Sequence record: MK327931.1
Reading direction: 5' to 3' (one strand)
Source of the DNA: Escherichia phage vB_EcoM_G17
DNA: 64,000 nucleotides
Part shown: piece by piece, positions 22,236 through 32,344 of the stretch
Layout: each line of letters opens with the position of its first letter
How positions within the stretch are numbered: the first letter of the stretch is position 1
Made by a program: the position numbers and the translations under genes
Notes under the pieces: model-generated
Databases searched by the model: none
What the model was told of the DNA's origin: nothing
The model's input: only the letters and a program-made list of their open reading frames with translations

Positions 22236-22270
22236 AACCAGACTTGTTCTAAATAAGTCTGGTTTTTATT
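22236..22270 (+). terminator. Intrinsic terminator
   Basis: 9-bp stem ACCAGACTT/AAGTCTGGT with 9-nt loop, followed by TTTTTATTAT. Confidence 0.6.
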
Positions 22271-22365
22271 ATATTTGCTTTTGTCAAATAACATATTAAT
22301 TGTTGGATAACAGCATAATAAAACTAAATATATACATATTAACAAGGTTATAATGGAGGGTATAA

Positions 22366-25300
22366 ATGTACTCAATAAAAACTGACTTAGATATTACTGG
22401 TGCTGGTACGGTTGGTAAGGATCTTTTAGTCAAAGGAAATGCTGTTTTCAACAATAACCTAACTGTAAATGGTACTGTAACTTTTGCAAATGCAACTTTT
22501 ACTGCCATTGAATCATCAACTGCCAACATTACATCTACTTTAGATGTAGGTGGCAAAGCAACACTTTCTGGTGGTCTTGGTGTTGAGGGTAATACTACAA
22601 TCGGTAGTGCAGTTGTCGGGTCTGATACAGCAACAATTAATTCAAACGCTACCTTTAACGGTACTGTATCAGTTGGTTCTGATTTTACACAAACTGCTGG
22701 TACAACCACTCTACAAGCAACTAAAGTTAAAAACTTAGAAGTTGCTGAAACAACAGCATTTAAAGGTAATATTACTGCTGATGTTGGGACTACTGCTGCA
22801 TTTGATAAAATTACTGCTAATACCGCAGAAATTACTAATGTAAGTACAACAGATATTAGTAGTACTGGTACTGCTACATTTAACGATGTGACAATTAGTG
22901 GTACACTTGGTGGTGAGTTTAATCTATCTGACTTAAATGCAGTAACATTGAACGTTACTGGTGCATCTAACCAACAAGGTGCAGTAACTTTCGGTGCTAA
23001 CGTAACTGGTATTAACAGTACTGCTACTTTTAAAGACATTCGTATTGGTTCTAACTCTGAATCACAAACCTTCAGATTAAGCTTCCCTTACACTGCTCCT
23101 GGTAAACGCCCAACTGTTATTCTACAAAACGAAATTCAGTCCGAGCTAATGTCACCTGCAAACTTGACAGTATTGACCTCTGCTTCTTTTGGTAATGCGT
23201 CATTATCTTCTTATGGTATTACTGGTAATGGTCTAAACAAATTAGATTATCTAACAGTTTCTGGTAACAATACACAATCACCAGACACACCACTATTAGA
23301 AGTTCAAAAAGGAAAAACTAAAGTTGCTGACTTTGAAGTAACCGGAACTGCAACTATTCCAAATATCGAAAGTACTGGTACTGCTAATTTTAATAACATT
23401 AATGTTTCTGGTCTTCTTGGTGGAACGTTCCAACTAGACGATATTAATGCAGTATCTTTGAACGTTACTGGTGTAACTTCATTAGTTGGTGGTGTTACTC
23501 TTGGTTCTAATATTACTGGTTATAACAGTACTGCATCCTTTAAAGCTATCAGCTTAGGTCAAAATAGTCAAGATGCGGCAGTGAAACTAGGTTTTGGATA
23601 TACTGCACCAGGTCAACGCCCAACAGTTATTCTACCTAACGAAGTTCAATCAGAAGTCGTTTCTCCTTCTACATTGAACGTTCTTAAAACAGCAACTTTC
23701 GGTAACGCTTCTCTTTCCACTTATGGTATTACTGGTAACGGTCTAAACAAACTAGATTACCTAACTATTACTGGTAACGAAACACAAGCTCCAGGTACAC
23801 CATTCCTACAAGTTGGTGGTAAAGCAATTCTTAATGATGTTGAATTTACTGGAACAGTAACTGGACTAACTGTTGATGTTAGTGGGCAGGATCTAACACC
23901 TAATTCTGTTGTCGCGGCAGCAAATATTAAAGGTGCAACACTTGAAAGTACTGGTAACACTACCGTGGGTGCTAAACTAACTGTTACTGGTGATATTGCT
24001 GGTACAACTGCAACTCTTTCTGGTGCATTATCCGCTGGTTCAGTAAGTTCTGGTTCTATTACTGGTACAACTTCTGTATCTGCACCAACAATTAGTGCAT
24101 CTACTGAAGTAACGGCCCCTACTATCACTGCGAGTGGAACTGTAAGTGGGCAAACAATTAACGGTACTAATATTAGTGCAACAACTCTGACTGCACCAAC
24201 TATTAGTGGTAATACTAACTTTACAGAAAATGTTGATATTACTGGTAGCTTAACTGTTGGTTCTCTAGACTTGAGCACTACCGATATTAATGCTAAATCA
24301 ATCACTACTACTGCTGGTGCAACTATTGGTGGTGATTTAGTAGTTCAAGGCTCTTTTGATTTATCAGCAGCCGACCTTAATGTTAAATCATTAACTACTT
24401 CTGGTATTGTTAAAAGTAATGATCTTGTTAATGCTAACGTACTTCCAGTACTTAATAGTACTACCATAACGGCAACTACTGTTAATGCTGATGATATAAC
24501 TGTTACCGGATCTGCTAATTTGGGTACAATTTACTCAAGCTCATCTGTTCTAGTTGGGTCAACTTTAACTGTAACTGGTGAAACTACAACTGCATCGTTG
24601 GTTACCCCAACCATTTCAAATGCAAGTGGTGTCACTATTTCCAATAATACAAATGTAACTGGTGACCTAACTGTTACTGGTGCAGTTATTCCAGGCTCTA
24701 TCGATCTAGCAACAACTGATGTTAATGCTAAATCCATTACTACTACTGCTGGTGCAACTATTGGTGGTAACCTAACTGTTAATGGTACAGTAGATCTTAC
24801 TACGGCTGATGTTACTGTCAAATCTTTAACTAGTACTGGTGCAATTGTTAGTAATGAATCCACAATTAGTAGTGTTCTACCTAAACTTCAAAGTACTGAT
24901 GCAACTATTGCAACCCTTGGTTCAACAACTGCAAATATTACTAATTTGAATGTTACTGGTGCATCTACCGTAGCTGACGTAACTTCTTCAGGTAAAGTTA
25001 AAGCAGTTTCTGTAGAAACCCCAACAATTAGTAACGTTGATGGTGTATCTATTTCCAATAATACATCTATTACTGGTGACCTAACAGTTTCTGGTACAGT
25101 AACACCAGGTGCAATTGATTTGAGCACAACTGATGTAAGTGCAAAATCCATTACTACTACCGCTGGAGCAAATATTGGTGGAGATCTTGTTGTTTCTGGT
25201 ACAGTTGATTTAAGTGGTGCTGATGTATCTGTTAAATCTCTAACAAGTACTGGTATTATTACAGTTAGTAGTGCAGAAGGTATCAACGTTCTACCTAAAG

Positions 25301-27891
25301 TTCAAAGTACTGAAGTTACAGTGTCTGCTCTAAATGCAACAAATGCAGTAGTTTCTGGTGATGTTTCAGCAGCAACAGCTTCAATCTCAGGTGCAATTAC
25401 TGGTGGGTCAGCAACACTATCTGGTGTTGGAACTGCTCTAAATGTAACTAATAACGCAACTGTTGGTGGTGTACTTACTGTTGGTTCTATTACTTCAGCG
25501 GCAGAAAATGTATCCATTACTAAAAATACCGCGATTACTGGTAATTTAGCAGTATCTGGAACACTAACTGCGGGTGTTATTGATCTTAGCACAACTGATG
25601 TGTCTGTGAAGACATTAACTTCTCTAGGTGATGCAACCGTTCAAGGTAACTTAACTGTTGATGGTACTATTAACCTAAGTTCTGCAAACATCGTCGGTGT
25701 AACACTAGAAAGTACTGGCTCCACTACCGTAGGTACTGATTTGATACTAACTACTGGTAACATTACAGGTAGTCCATCTATTTCTGGTAACTTAGGTGTA
25801 ACTGGCACTACAACTTTAACTGGTGCAACAACAGTTTCAAATACATTGAATACTGCTGGTAAACTAACAGTTAATGCTGGTGGAATTCAGGTTGTTGCTG
25901 GTGGTATACAAGTTGATTCTGGAACTATTACTGCTTCTAGTGCTAATATTTCTGGTAGCTCAACACTTAATAGTGCTACTGTAACCACTACACTAGGTGT
26001 TACTGGTGCAGCAAGTATGAATGGTGGTTTAACTGCTTCTACATTGGATGTAACAGGTGATAGTACAGTACAAAAACTAACTGTTAAGGGTGTATTTGTT
26101 CCTGAAGGTGGTTTGGACTTATCCGGTGCTGATCTTAGTGTGAATAGCGTAACTGCGGCAACCACATTAAGTGTTACTGGTGCTAGTACTCTAACTGGTG
26201 GTGTTTCCACTTCAACTGTTACTGCATCCGGTAAGGTAACCGCACAAGAACTAAGTACTGGTACATTGGATGTAACCACAAATGGAACTGTTGGTGGAAC
26301 TTTAGGTGTAACTGGTAAAGCAACTGTTGGATCACTAGATTCAGGTGCAATCTCTGCAACATCTGGTACATTTAGTACTACACTAGATGTGACTGGTGCA
26401 GCGACCTTTGGTAATAATGTTAACATTACTGGTACATTAACCCCAGGTGCATTGGATTTAGCTAGTACTGATGTAGTTGCTAACAGTCTTTCTGTAGCTA
26501 CAACTCTACATTCAGATGGCAACGCAACAATTGGTGGCACATTAGGCGTAACTGGTGCAGTATCTGCTCCATCAATCGCTCTTAATGGTGAAGGTGCTGC
26601 GTTAGCAGTTACTAATAACGCAACAATTGGTGGTACATTAGGTGTAACTGGTGCTACAACTTTAGGTTCTCTAACAACCTCTGGTGCAGTTAAAACTGGT
26701 GCTGATGTTATTATCGGTACTAAAATTGGCGATCAACCAGAGACAGTTCAGATTTTCCCTAATACTTACATTGCTGGCTCCTTGCGTGTAGATGGTGGTA
26801 TCAACGCTGATATTGACGTTAGTGGTCAAACAATTGAACCTTATGCAGTTGTTGCGGCGGACACTATTAGTGCAGCGGGTAATATTACTTCTGGTGCAGA
26901 GTTGATTTCCAAATCAGCAACTATTGGTGATGTTGGTTCACAAAACAACAACTTAACAATCAATGGTAACGTAGTTAACAACGGTAACTTTACAGTAACT
27001 GGTCTACTTAACGCAACACTAAACCAAGCAAACTCTGACGTGGCTGTTAAATCATTAACTGCAACCAACAGTGTTGCTGCTGGTACTAGTATTACCGCAG
27101 GTACAAGTATTACTGCAACTGGTCTACTAAAAGGGAACACCCTTGAAGTAACTACTACTGGTTCATTTGGTGGTGCAGTAACAATGTCAAGTGGTGCTAA
27201 CATTACTGGAACCGTTGGAATTACTTCTGGTAACCTAACTGTTGGTGGTGATATTTCTGCAACAGGTACTGCAACCCTAGCAGCAACTTCAGTAACTACC
27301 ATTACTACTTCTGGTGCAGCAACACTTGCTAGTGCATCTGTTACTGGAGCAGCAACAATCGGTGGTACTTTAACTGTTACTGGTTTAATGACTGCAAATG
27401 GTAGTGTTGTTTTAGGTGACGCTGCTGCTGATACATTAACTGTCAATGCAACATCTTCTTTCAAAGAAAATGCAGTATTTGATAAAGATGTAACTGTAAC
27501 TGGTCAATTAACAACTACTAATGCTGACCTAACTACTACAACAGTAACTACTAAAAAATATGATGTTATTCCTAATCAAGTAACTTCTTCTGTTATCGCA
27601 CCAACTGGTACTTGGACCCCAGACGGTACTAGCAACGTATACTTTATCACTCTAGATCAAGATACCACTCTAGCACCAATCACTGGTCTAATCGGTGGTG
27701 GTAAAGCATCTTCAGTATACATTTATGTGAAACAAGATGCAACAGGTAATAGAAACTTTACTACTGATGGTACTTATGCGGTTGTTGATGGCACACTGAA
27801 CAAAACTGCAAACTCTGTAACTATCTACCAAGTCATTTATGACGGTGTGAGTCCAGTAACAGATATGTTTATTGCACAACGTACTGCTTAA
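22366..27891 (+). CDS. Long repetitive tail fibre protein (1841 aa)
   Basis: GGAGGG SD; T/S/G/N/V-rich with two families of long tandem repeats; antisense ORFs on the track inside it are composition artefacts. Confidence 0.75.
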   Translation: MYSIKTDLDITGAGTVGKDLLVKGNAVFNNNLTVNGTVTFANATFTAIESSTANITSTLDVGGKATLSGGLGVEGNTTIGSAVVGSDTATINSNATFNGTVSVGSDFTQTAGTTTLQATKVKNLEVAETTAFKGNITADVGTTAAFDKITANTAEITNVSTTDISSTGTATFNDVTISGTLGGEFNLSDLNAVTLNVTGASNQQGAVTFGANVTGINSTATFKDIRIGSNSESQTFRLSFPYTAPGKRPTVILQNEIQSELMSPANLTVLTSASFGNASLSSYGITGNGLNKLDYLTVSGNNTQSPDTPLLEVQKGKTKVADFEVTGTATIPNIESTGTANFNNINVSGLLGGTFQLDDINAVSLNVTGVTSLVGGVTLGSNITGYNSTASFKAISLGQNSQDAAVKLGFGYTAPGQRPTVILPNEVQSEVVSPSTLNVLKTATFGNASLSTYGITGNGLNKLDYLTITGNETQAPGTPFLQVGGKAILNDVEFTGTVTGLTVDVSGQDLTPNSVVAAANIKGATLESTGNTTVGAKLTVTGDIAGTTATLSGALSAGSVSSGSITGTTSVSAPTISASTEVTAPTITASGTVSGQTINGTNISATTLTAPTISGNTNFTENVDITGSLTVGSLDLSTTDINAKSITTTAGATIGGDLVVQGSFDLSAADLNVKSLTTSGIVKSNDLVNANVLPVLNSTTITATTVNADDITVTGSANLGTIYSSSSVLVGSTLTVTGETTTASLVTPTISNASGVTISNNTNVTGDLTVTGAVIPGSIDLATTDVNAKSITTTAGATIGGNLTVNGTVDLTTADVTVKSLTSTGAIVSNESTISSVLPKLQSTDATIATLGSTTANITNLNVTGASTVADVTSSGKVKAVSVETPTISNVDGVSISNNTSITGDLTVSGTVTPGAIDLSTTDVSAKSITTTAGANIGGDLVVSGTVDLSGADVSVKSLTSTGIITVSSAEGINVLPKVQSTEVTVSALNATNAVVSGDVSAATASISGAITGGSATLSGVGTALNVTNNATVGGVLTVGSITSAAENVSITKNTAITGNLAVSGTLTAGVIDLSTTDVSVKTLTSLGDATVQGNLTVDGTINLSSANIVGVTLESTGSTTVGTDLILTTGNITGSPSISGNLGVTGTTTLTGATTVSNTLNTAGKLTVNAGGIQVVAGGIQVDSGTITASSANISGSSTLNSATVTTTLGVTGAASMNGGLTASTLDVTGDSTVQKLTVKGVFVPEGGLDLSGADLSVNSVTAATTLSVTGASTLTGGVSTSTVTASGKVTAQELSTGTLDVTTNGTVGGTLGVTGKATVGSLDSGAISATSGTFSTTLDVTGAATFGNNVNITGTLTPGALDLASTDVVANSLSVATTLHSDGNATIGGTLGVTGAVSAPSIALNGEGAALAVTNNATIGGTLGVTGATTLGSLTTSGAVKTGADVIIGTKIGDQPETVQIFPNTYIAGSLRVDGGINADIDVSGQTIEPYAVVAADTISAAGNITSGAELISKSATIGDVGSQNNNLTINGNVVNNGNFTVTGLLNATLNQANSDVAVKSLTATNSVAAGTSITAGTSITATGLLKGNTLEVTTTGSFGGAVTMSSGANITGTVGITSGNLTVGGDISATGTATLAATSVTTITTSGAATLASASVTGAATIGGTLTVTGLMTANGSVVLGDAAADTLTVNATSSFKENAVFDKDVTVTGQLTTTNADLTTTTVTTKKYDVIPNQVTSSVIAPTGTWTPDGTSNVYFITLDQDTTLAPITGLIGGGKASSVYIYVKQDATGNRNFTTDGTYAVVDGTLNKTANSVTIYQVIYDGVSPVTDMFIAQRTA
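22870..23900 (+). repeat. Intragenic tandem repeat, about two copies of a ~515-nt (~170-aa) unit
   Basis: Protein segments LGG.F.L.D.NAV.LNVTG...PG.RPTVIL.NE.QSE..SP..L.VL..A.FGNASLS.YGITGNGLNKLDYLT occur twice in tandem. Confidence 0.7.
24230..25630 (+). repeat. Intragenic tandem repeat, about 3.3 copies of a ~420-nt (~140-aa) unit
   Basis: Segments [LI]DL.TTD[IV].AKSITTTAGA.IGG.L.V.G..DL..AD..VKSLT.TG recur at about 24260, 24700, 25110 and partially 25575. Confidence 0.7.
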
Positions 27892-27955
27892 TAATTATAA
27901 TAATAAAGGTGTCACTCATTTTGGGTGACACCATCATAACAAGTGAGGTAGTTAT

Positions 27956-28735
27956 ATGTTCACATATGTGAAAGGAAATTCAAAAGAAAATTATGAATTG
28001 GGAAACATTATTTCCAATCCAATTGGTGTAAAAGGACTTAAAGAACGTCCTGGTGCAACACCAGAAGATCCACAAACCTATCGTTATCTTTATAGTGATA
28101 TTAGAACTCTTTATGGTATTTCAAGTAAAGATGGTTCCCCAGTAGAACCTAATGATGCTGTTAGAAAAGAAGAAGGTTTTTGGTGGTTAGTGTATAAAAA
28201 TGTTGGAAATGTTAATGCTATTGAACAACCGTTGGAGTTTATTAAATTAAAAGATGAAAATCAACCTATTGTTGAATTTTTAGAAGACGCTACCGAAGAA
28301 TATAAAGCACTAACTGTTCTTAAAACATATCATTATATTGATATGCCAATAGCAGATGTTAAAGTTGATTTAAAAGCAAGAACTATATCAGAACGTACAA
28401 ATCGTATGAATTCTGGTTATATGTTCAATGGTCATCGTTACAGTACTGATATGTCTGGTCGTCAAATGCTTCTTAATTACTATACACAAGTCACTTCAGG
28501 TTCTGAAAGTGTTTCTATTTTTCTTGATGACGCAATTGTAAAATTATCTGCTACTGAAATGACACAACTATACACTGGAGCCTTTGCTATGATTGAGCAA
28601 TTGTTTACAGAATGTGACAATCAGTGTGCAGCAATTGATGCAGTTGATGATTTAGATCCTGATGCAATTTATAAGGCACAACAAGCTGCAACTTGGGTAT
28701 ATGAAGGTGTTGATATTCCTGAACGTATACGTTAA
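27956..28735 (+). CDS. Hypothetical protein (259 aa) between fibre genes
   Basis: ATG with GAGG SD; no motif recognised; position suggests a fibre-associated or assembly role (inference only). Confidence 0.6.
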   Translation: MFTYVKGNSKENYELGNIISNPIGVKGLKERPGATPEDPQTYRYLYSDIRTLYGISSKDGSPVEPNDAVRKEEGFWWLVYKNVGNVNAIEQPLEFIKLKDENQPIVEFLEDATEEYKALTVLKTYHYIDMPIADVKVDLKARTISERTNRMNSGYMFNGHRYSTDMSGRQMLLNYYTQVTSGSESVSIFLDDAIVKLSATEMTQLYTGAFAMIEQLFTECDNQCAAIDAVDDLDPDAIYKAQQAATWVYEGVDIPERIR

Positions 28736-28746
28736 TTTTTTAAGGT

Positions 28747-28776
28747 CAAGCCTATGCTTGGCCTTTTCTTTTAACT
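28747..28776 (+). terminator. Intrinsic terminator
   Basis: GTCAAGC-CTAT-GCTTGGC hairpin (one G-U pair) followed by CTTTTCTTTT. Confidence 0.5.
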
Positions 28777-28819
28777 AAAATAAATACATCATATAAATCT
28801 ATTCTGAGGAAATATTTAA

Positions 28820-30784
28820 ATGAGTATAAATCGAATTAGAGGTGATGGTGGTGTAATTATTGATAGTAAATCTTTTTTAGAGTTACCGAAAGCACCATCA
28901 AAAGAAACCGCTGATGTAATAAGATCAGGGATGATTAGATACAATAAGGAATGGAAATCATTTGAAGGTGTTCTGGATTTTGAAGATGGTACTATGGCAT
29001 ATCGCCGCTTTGCAAACTTAGATGCAAATGGTAAACTTCTTACTTCCCAATTACCAGATTCAGTAACTAGTGGTTTACAGTTTGTTGGTACATACAATCC
29101 TATCCCAGATGATATTGATCCACCTTTAGCACAAACACCACTACCAGCACCAGCAGCATCACTAAATGGTGATTATTATGTTGTTCGTGGTATTATGGAT
29201 GCCGCACAAGCCCATTATGAAGCAAATAATCCACAAACAAGTCCTGTTACATTTACACCTACAAATCCAACTGGACAAGGTAATTGGATTGAAATTTTAT
29301 ATTATGTTGACTCTAATCCAAATATATCTGGTGCTAAACTAGTAACATACGCTTTCGCTAGAATTATTCCTGCATCTATTCCTAGTACTGGTCATGATGG
29401 TCTTAAAAATTTAGCAACAGATGCTGACTTAACCAAACCATTTGCTTCAGGTGTTCCAATGAACCAAACCGCACTATCAGATGGTGATTGGATTATTATA
29501 ACTGAAGATAAAAACATACGTCTACGCCAGTCAAGAACAAGCATTTCCGCTGCTTCAGTATTATATGACAATACTGTAATGATTGCAAATCATCGTCAAT
29601 TTAGGACAAACGCAGGGACCGTTCAAACATCCATAGATAACGTTGTGATTGAGTGTTTACGTAGAACTGGTGATTCCATGTATAATGATGGAACAAGCGG
29701 CTCAGGGCGTTTTGGTGTGGTCTATGGTAGTGCAGCAGCACCAGCATTGACATTTAATAACAATCCATTTGATCCAACCAATAACCCAGGTAATGATCCT
29801 GCAAAATGGTCAGACGCTAATACTGGTATGTTTCATCCAGCAGATGATGCAATTGGTTTCAGTACTGCTGGAACTGAACGTATTAGAATTAATAATTCAA
29901 CATTAACATTATACCAAACAACTTCAACCCCAGCATCAACCCCAGTACTAAGATTTGATAATGCAACCAATACTAATGTTGGACTAAGTGCTAGTAGTAA
30001 TATTATTTCATTTAGTTCAATGAATAAAGTACAAGTTGAATTTAAAAATGGTGAAAGTGCGTTTCATGGTAATATTGTGGTTGATGGTACAAGTACATTG
30101 ACTGGTGATACATCAGCTAGTAATATCACTGCTAGTGGTAATTTGAACATTCAAGGTAATACTACATTAGGCGATGCTGCATCTGATACAATTACAGTTA
30201 ATGGAGTTAGTACGTTTACAGCAAACACTAATTTCAATGGAACAACTAATAAATTTAAAAATATAAATCTATTAGCTAATGGTATAATTACATTAGAAAG
30301 TACTACTAATCAAAGTACAATCCAATTAGTTAGTTCTGATTTAAAACTATCAATGGGTAATTATGCTGATGTAAGTATCTATGATAATGGAACTATAAGA
30401 ACACGTTTTAATAGATATGGTATCCAATTACCAGTACTAGCTACTATTGATAACTCTGTTGGCGTTGATGGTATGATTGCATACTCCAATACCGAGCGTA
30501 CTTCAATGCAAAAAGTTCAAGGTCAATGGGTTCCAATTGGTTCAGGTTCAGTGAGAACCGATGCTTTTACAATTTCATCTTGGGTATTAAGTGGTAACTA
30601 CTACACCCTTACTGTAACAGCCTCAAACATCGTCACAGCAGAGATACAGGAACAGGTTAGTCCTGGTGTCTATACTCGTGTTGAGGTCGATAGCGTTACG
30701 TTTAACGGCACTAACGTAGTGTTTAGTATACCTTCAACTCCTGATGTACGTTTCGACGGAAGAACATTGGTAACAATTAGATAA
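28820..30784 (+). CDS. Tail fibre protein (654 aa)
   Basis: GAGGA SD; T/S/N-rich with short repeated strands (GDTSASNITASGNLNIQGNTTLGDAASDTITVNG) typical of fibre shafts; ends at a bidirectional terminator. Confidence 0.6.
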   Translation: MSINRIRGDGGVIIDSKSFLELPKAPSKETADVIRSGMIRYNKEWKSFEGVLDFEDGTMAYRRFANLDANGKLLTSQLPDSVTSGLQFVGTYNPIPDDIDPPLAQTPLPAPAASLNGDYYVVRGIMDAAQAHYEANNPQTSPVTFTPTNPTGQGNWIEILYYVDSNPNISGAKLVTYAFARIIPASIPSTGHDGLKNLATDADLTKPFASGVPMNQTALSDGDWIIITEDKNIRLRQSRTSISAASVLYDNTVMIANHRQFRTNAGTVQTSIDNVVIECLRRTGDSMYNDGTSGSGRFGVVYGSAAAPALTFNNNPFDPTNNPGNDPAKWSDANTGMFHPADDAIGFSTAGTERIRINNSTLTLYQTTSTPASTPVLRFDNATNTNVGLSASSNIISFSSMNKVQVEFKNGESAFHGNIVVDGTSTLTGDTSASNITASGNLNIQGNTTLGDAASDTITVNGVSTFTANTNFNGTTNKFKNINLLANGIITLESTTNQSTIQLVSSDLKLSMGNYADVSIYDNGTIRTRFNRYGIQLPVLATIDNSVGVDGMIAYSNTERTSMQKVQGQWVPIGSGSVRTDAFTISSWVLSGNYYTLTVTASNIVTAEIQEQVSPGVYTRVEVDSVTFNGTNVVFSIPSTPDVRFDGRTLVTIR

Positions 30785-30791
30785 TAAAAAA

Positions 30792-30820
30792 GGGAGAACT
30801 GATGTTCTCCCTTTTCGTTT
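30792..30820. terminator. Bidirectional intrinsic terminator
   Basis: GGGAGAAC-TGAT-GTTCTCCC hairpin flanked by A-run and T-run; between convergent fibre gene (+) and thyA (-). Confidence 0.65.
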
Positions 30821-31748
30821 ATACAGCCATAGGTGCTTTAATTGTTGGCATTGGGTTGTAATTCACTAATTTAAAAGAATCCATAGTGAAATCTTCAATA
30901 TTAGTAATTGTAGGATCAAGCCACAATTCAGGTAATTCACGAGGTTTTCGCTGTAGTTGTTCTTTTACTTGTTCAACGTGGTTTTTATAAATGTGACAAT
31001 CACCACCATTCCAAATAAATTCACCAACATCTAAACCAGTAATTTGTGCAATCATATGAGTTAGTAGTGAGTAACTACTGATATTAAATGGAACTCCTAA
31101 AAATAGATCAGCGGAGCGTTGATGCAGAATACAGCTTAGTTTTCCTTGCACTACACAAAATTGCACAAAGCTATGACAAGGTGGTAACGTCATATCATCA
31201 AGCTCACCAACGTTCCATGCACTTAGAATGTGGCGACGGCCATATGGATCGGACTTTATACCTTTGATTAGTTCTTGTAATTGGTCAGTTGTACGTTTCA
31301 TAACAACACCATGTGAACCAGTATAATCGATAACTTTGTATCCTTTATCTTTTAATTCTTGAATTTCTTCAGTACTGGAACTAAATTTATAATCTTCCCA
31401 TTCACGCCATTGCTTACCATACACTGGACCTAACTCACCATCAGTATAACCAAGAGCAACGCCTTGATTTAGGTAATTATCTGTCCAAATAGTTTTCTTT
31501 TCTGTATCACGAGTTCCATGCAAAATTTCACAAAGGCGACGCTCATCATGGGAACCTTCAATAAACCATAGTAATTCTGAAGTCATTGCTTTCCAAGCTA
31601 GACGTTTTGTCGTCACTGCTGGGAAACCATCTTTAAGGTCAAAACGCATTTGTTGACCGATAAGTTTGATTGTTCCAACACCAGTACGGTCAACGCTTTC
31701 TACGCCTTCATCTAGAATTTTTTGATATAGTTCTTGTAGTTGTTTCAT
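30819..31748 (-). CDS. thyA: Thymidylate synthase family (ThyA, or a dUMP/dCMP hydroxymethylase homologue)
   Basis: Hallmarks R-TGVGT, DLKDGFP, LPPCH..VQF and GVPFN-SYSLLT; contiguous, no intron; start overlaps the stop of the upstream gene (TAATG). Confidence 0.85.
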   Translation of the reverse strand: MKQLQELYQKILDEGVESVDRTGVGTIKLIGQQMRFDLKDGFPAVTTKRLAWKAMTSELLWFIEGSHDERRLCEILHGTRDTEKKTIWTDNYLNQGVALGYTDGELGPVYGKQWREWEDYKFSSSTEEIQELKDKGYKVIDYTGSHGVVMKRTTDQLQELIKGIKSDPYGRRHILSAWNVGELDDMTLPPCHSFVQFCVVQGKLSCILHQRSADLFLGVPFNISSYSLLTHMIAQITGLDVGEFIWNGGDCHIYKNHVEQVKEQLQRKPRELPELWLDPTITNIEDFTMDSFKLVNYNPMPTIKAPMAV

Positions 31749-32341
31749 TATTCTTCCTTGAAAAATGTAATAAAATGTTCCATATGTTTTTCGGTGGCAT
31801 TGCGTGAACCAATACCAGTCCAGTTACCATGTGGTGCTGGAACGACGAATGTTTGTGTGAACTCTTTCAGTACTGTATCGAAATAAAATACTGAACGTGA
31901 ATTCATATCATAACAATAAATTTCAGGATTTTCAACTGAATCCATATACATCTGTACTGCCCATGCAGTACCACCACTTACCTTAGTTGGTGATGTGATA
32001 TTTGCAATACAATATATTCTTTCTGTATTAAGTATCTGATAACTATTCCTTGCAAGTAAGTTGTAAACATAAGAACCAGGTTTTGGTACTTTTCGCTGCA
32101 ACGAGTAACATGCAATGTTTAGTTGATTTAATATAGAAATATCAGATAGAATATTGGATGGTATTTCTAATATAGTACTTTCATCTACACTATGCTCATG
32201 ACCTTTGAATGAAAAATTAATAACTTCAAATCCATTATTTTTTGCATAGATAGAAAAAAGGCGGTCAGCACCTGCTGCCCCGCCACTAAAACATACATTA
32301 GATAAACCTTTAATTGCTTCATCTAATTCATTCTTTTTCAT
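31748..32341 (-). CDS. SLOG-fold (DprA/LOG-like) protein, translationally coupled to thyA
   Basis: N-terminal SGGAAGAD motif (DprA/YpsA-like G-x-G-x-D) and later SGGTAW (LOG-like PGGxGT); assignment by motif only. Confidence 0.4.
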   Translation of the reverse strand: MKKNELDEAIKGLSNVCFSGGAAGADRLFSIYAKNNGFEVINFSFKGHEHSVDESTILEIPSNILSDISILNQLNIACYSLQRKVPKPGSYVYNLLARNSYQILNTERIYCIANITSPTKVSGGTAWAVQMYMDSVENPEIYCYDMNSRSVFYFDTVLKEFTQTFVVPAPHGNWTGIGSRNATEKHMEHFITFFKEE

Positions 32342-32344
32342 ATT

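Noticed and set aside
22870-25630. Possible CRISPR array suggested by regularly spaced repeats
   Set aside because: Repeat units are 400-500 nt, in-frame and protein-coding (fibre shaft modules), with no short-repeat/spacer architecture; no CRISPR-like array elsewhere in the window.
22296-27464. Minus-strand ORFs of 96-247 aa inside the 1841-aa fibre gene (22296-23039, 23757-24305, 24531-25592, 25887-26540, 26841-27464)
   Set aside because: Val/Thr/Pro-rich translations mirroring the repetitive fibre sequence on the other strand; no start context; artefacts of repeats and codon composition.
30819-31748. Group I intron in the thymidylate synthase gene, as in T4 td
   Set aside because: The thyA-like ORF is contiguous and all conserved motifs are in one frame; no interruption.
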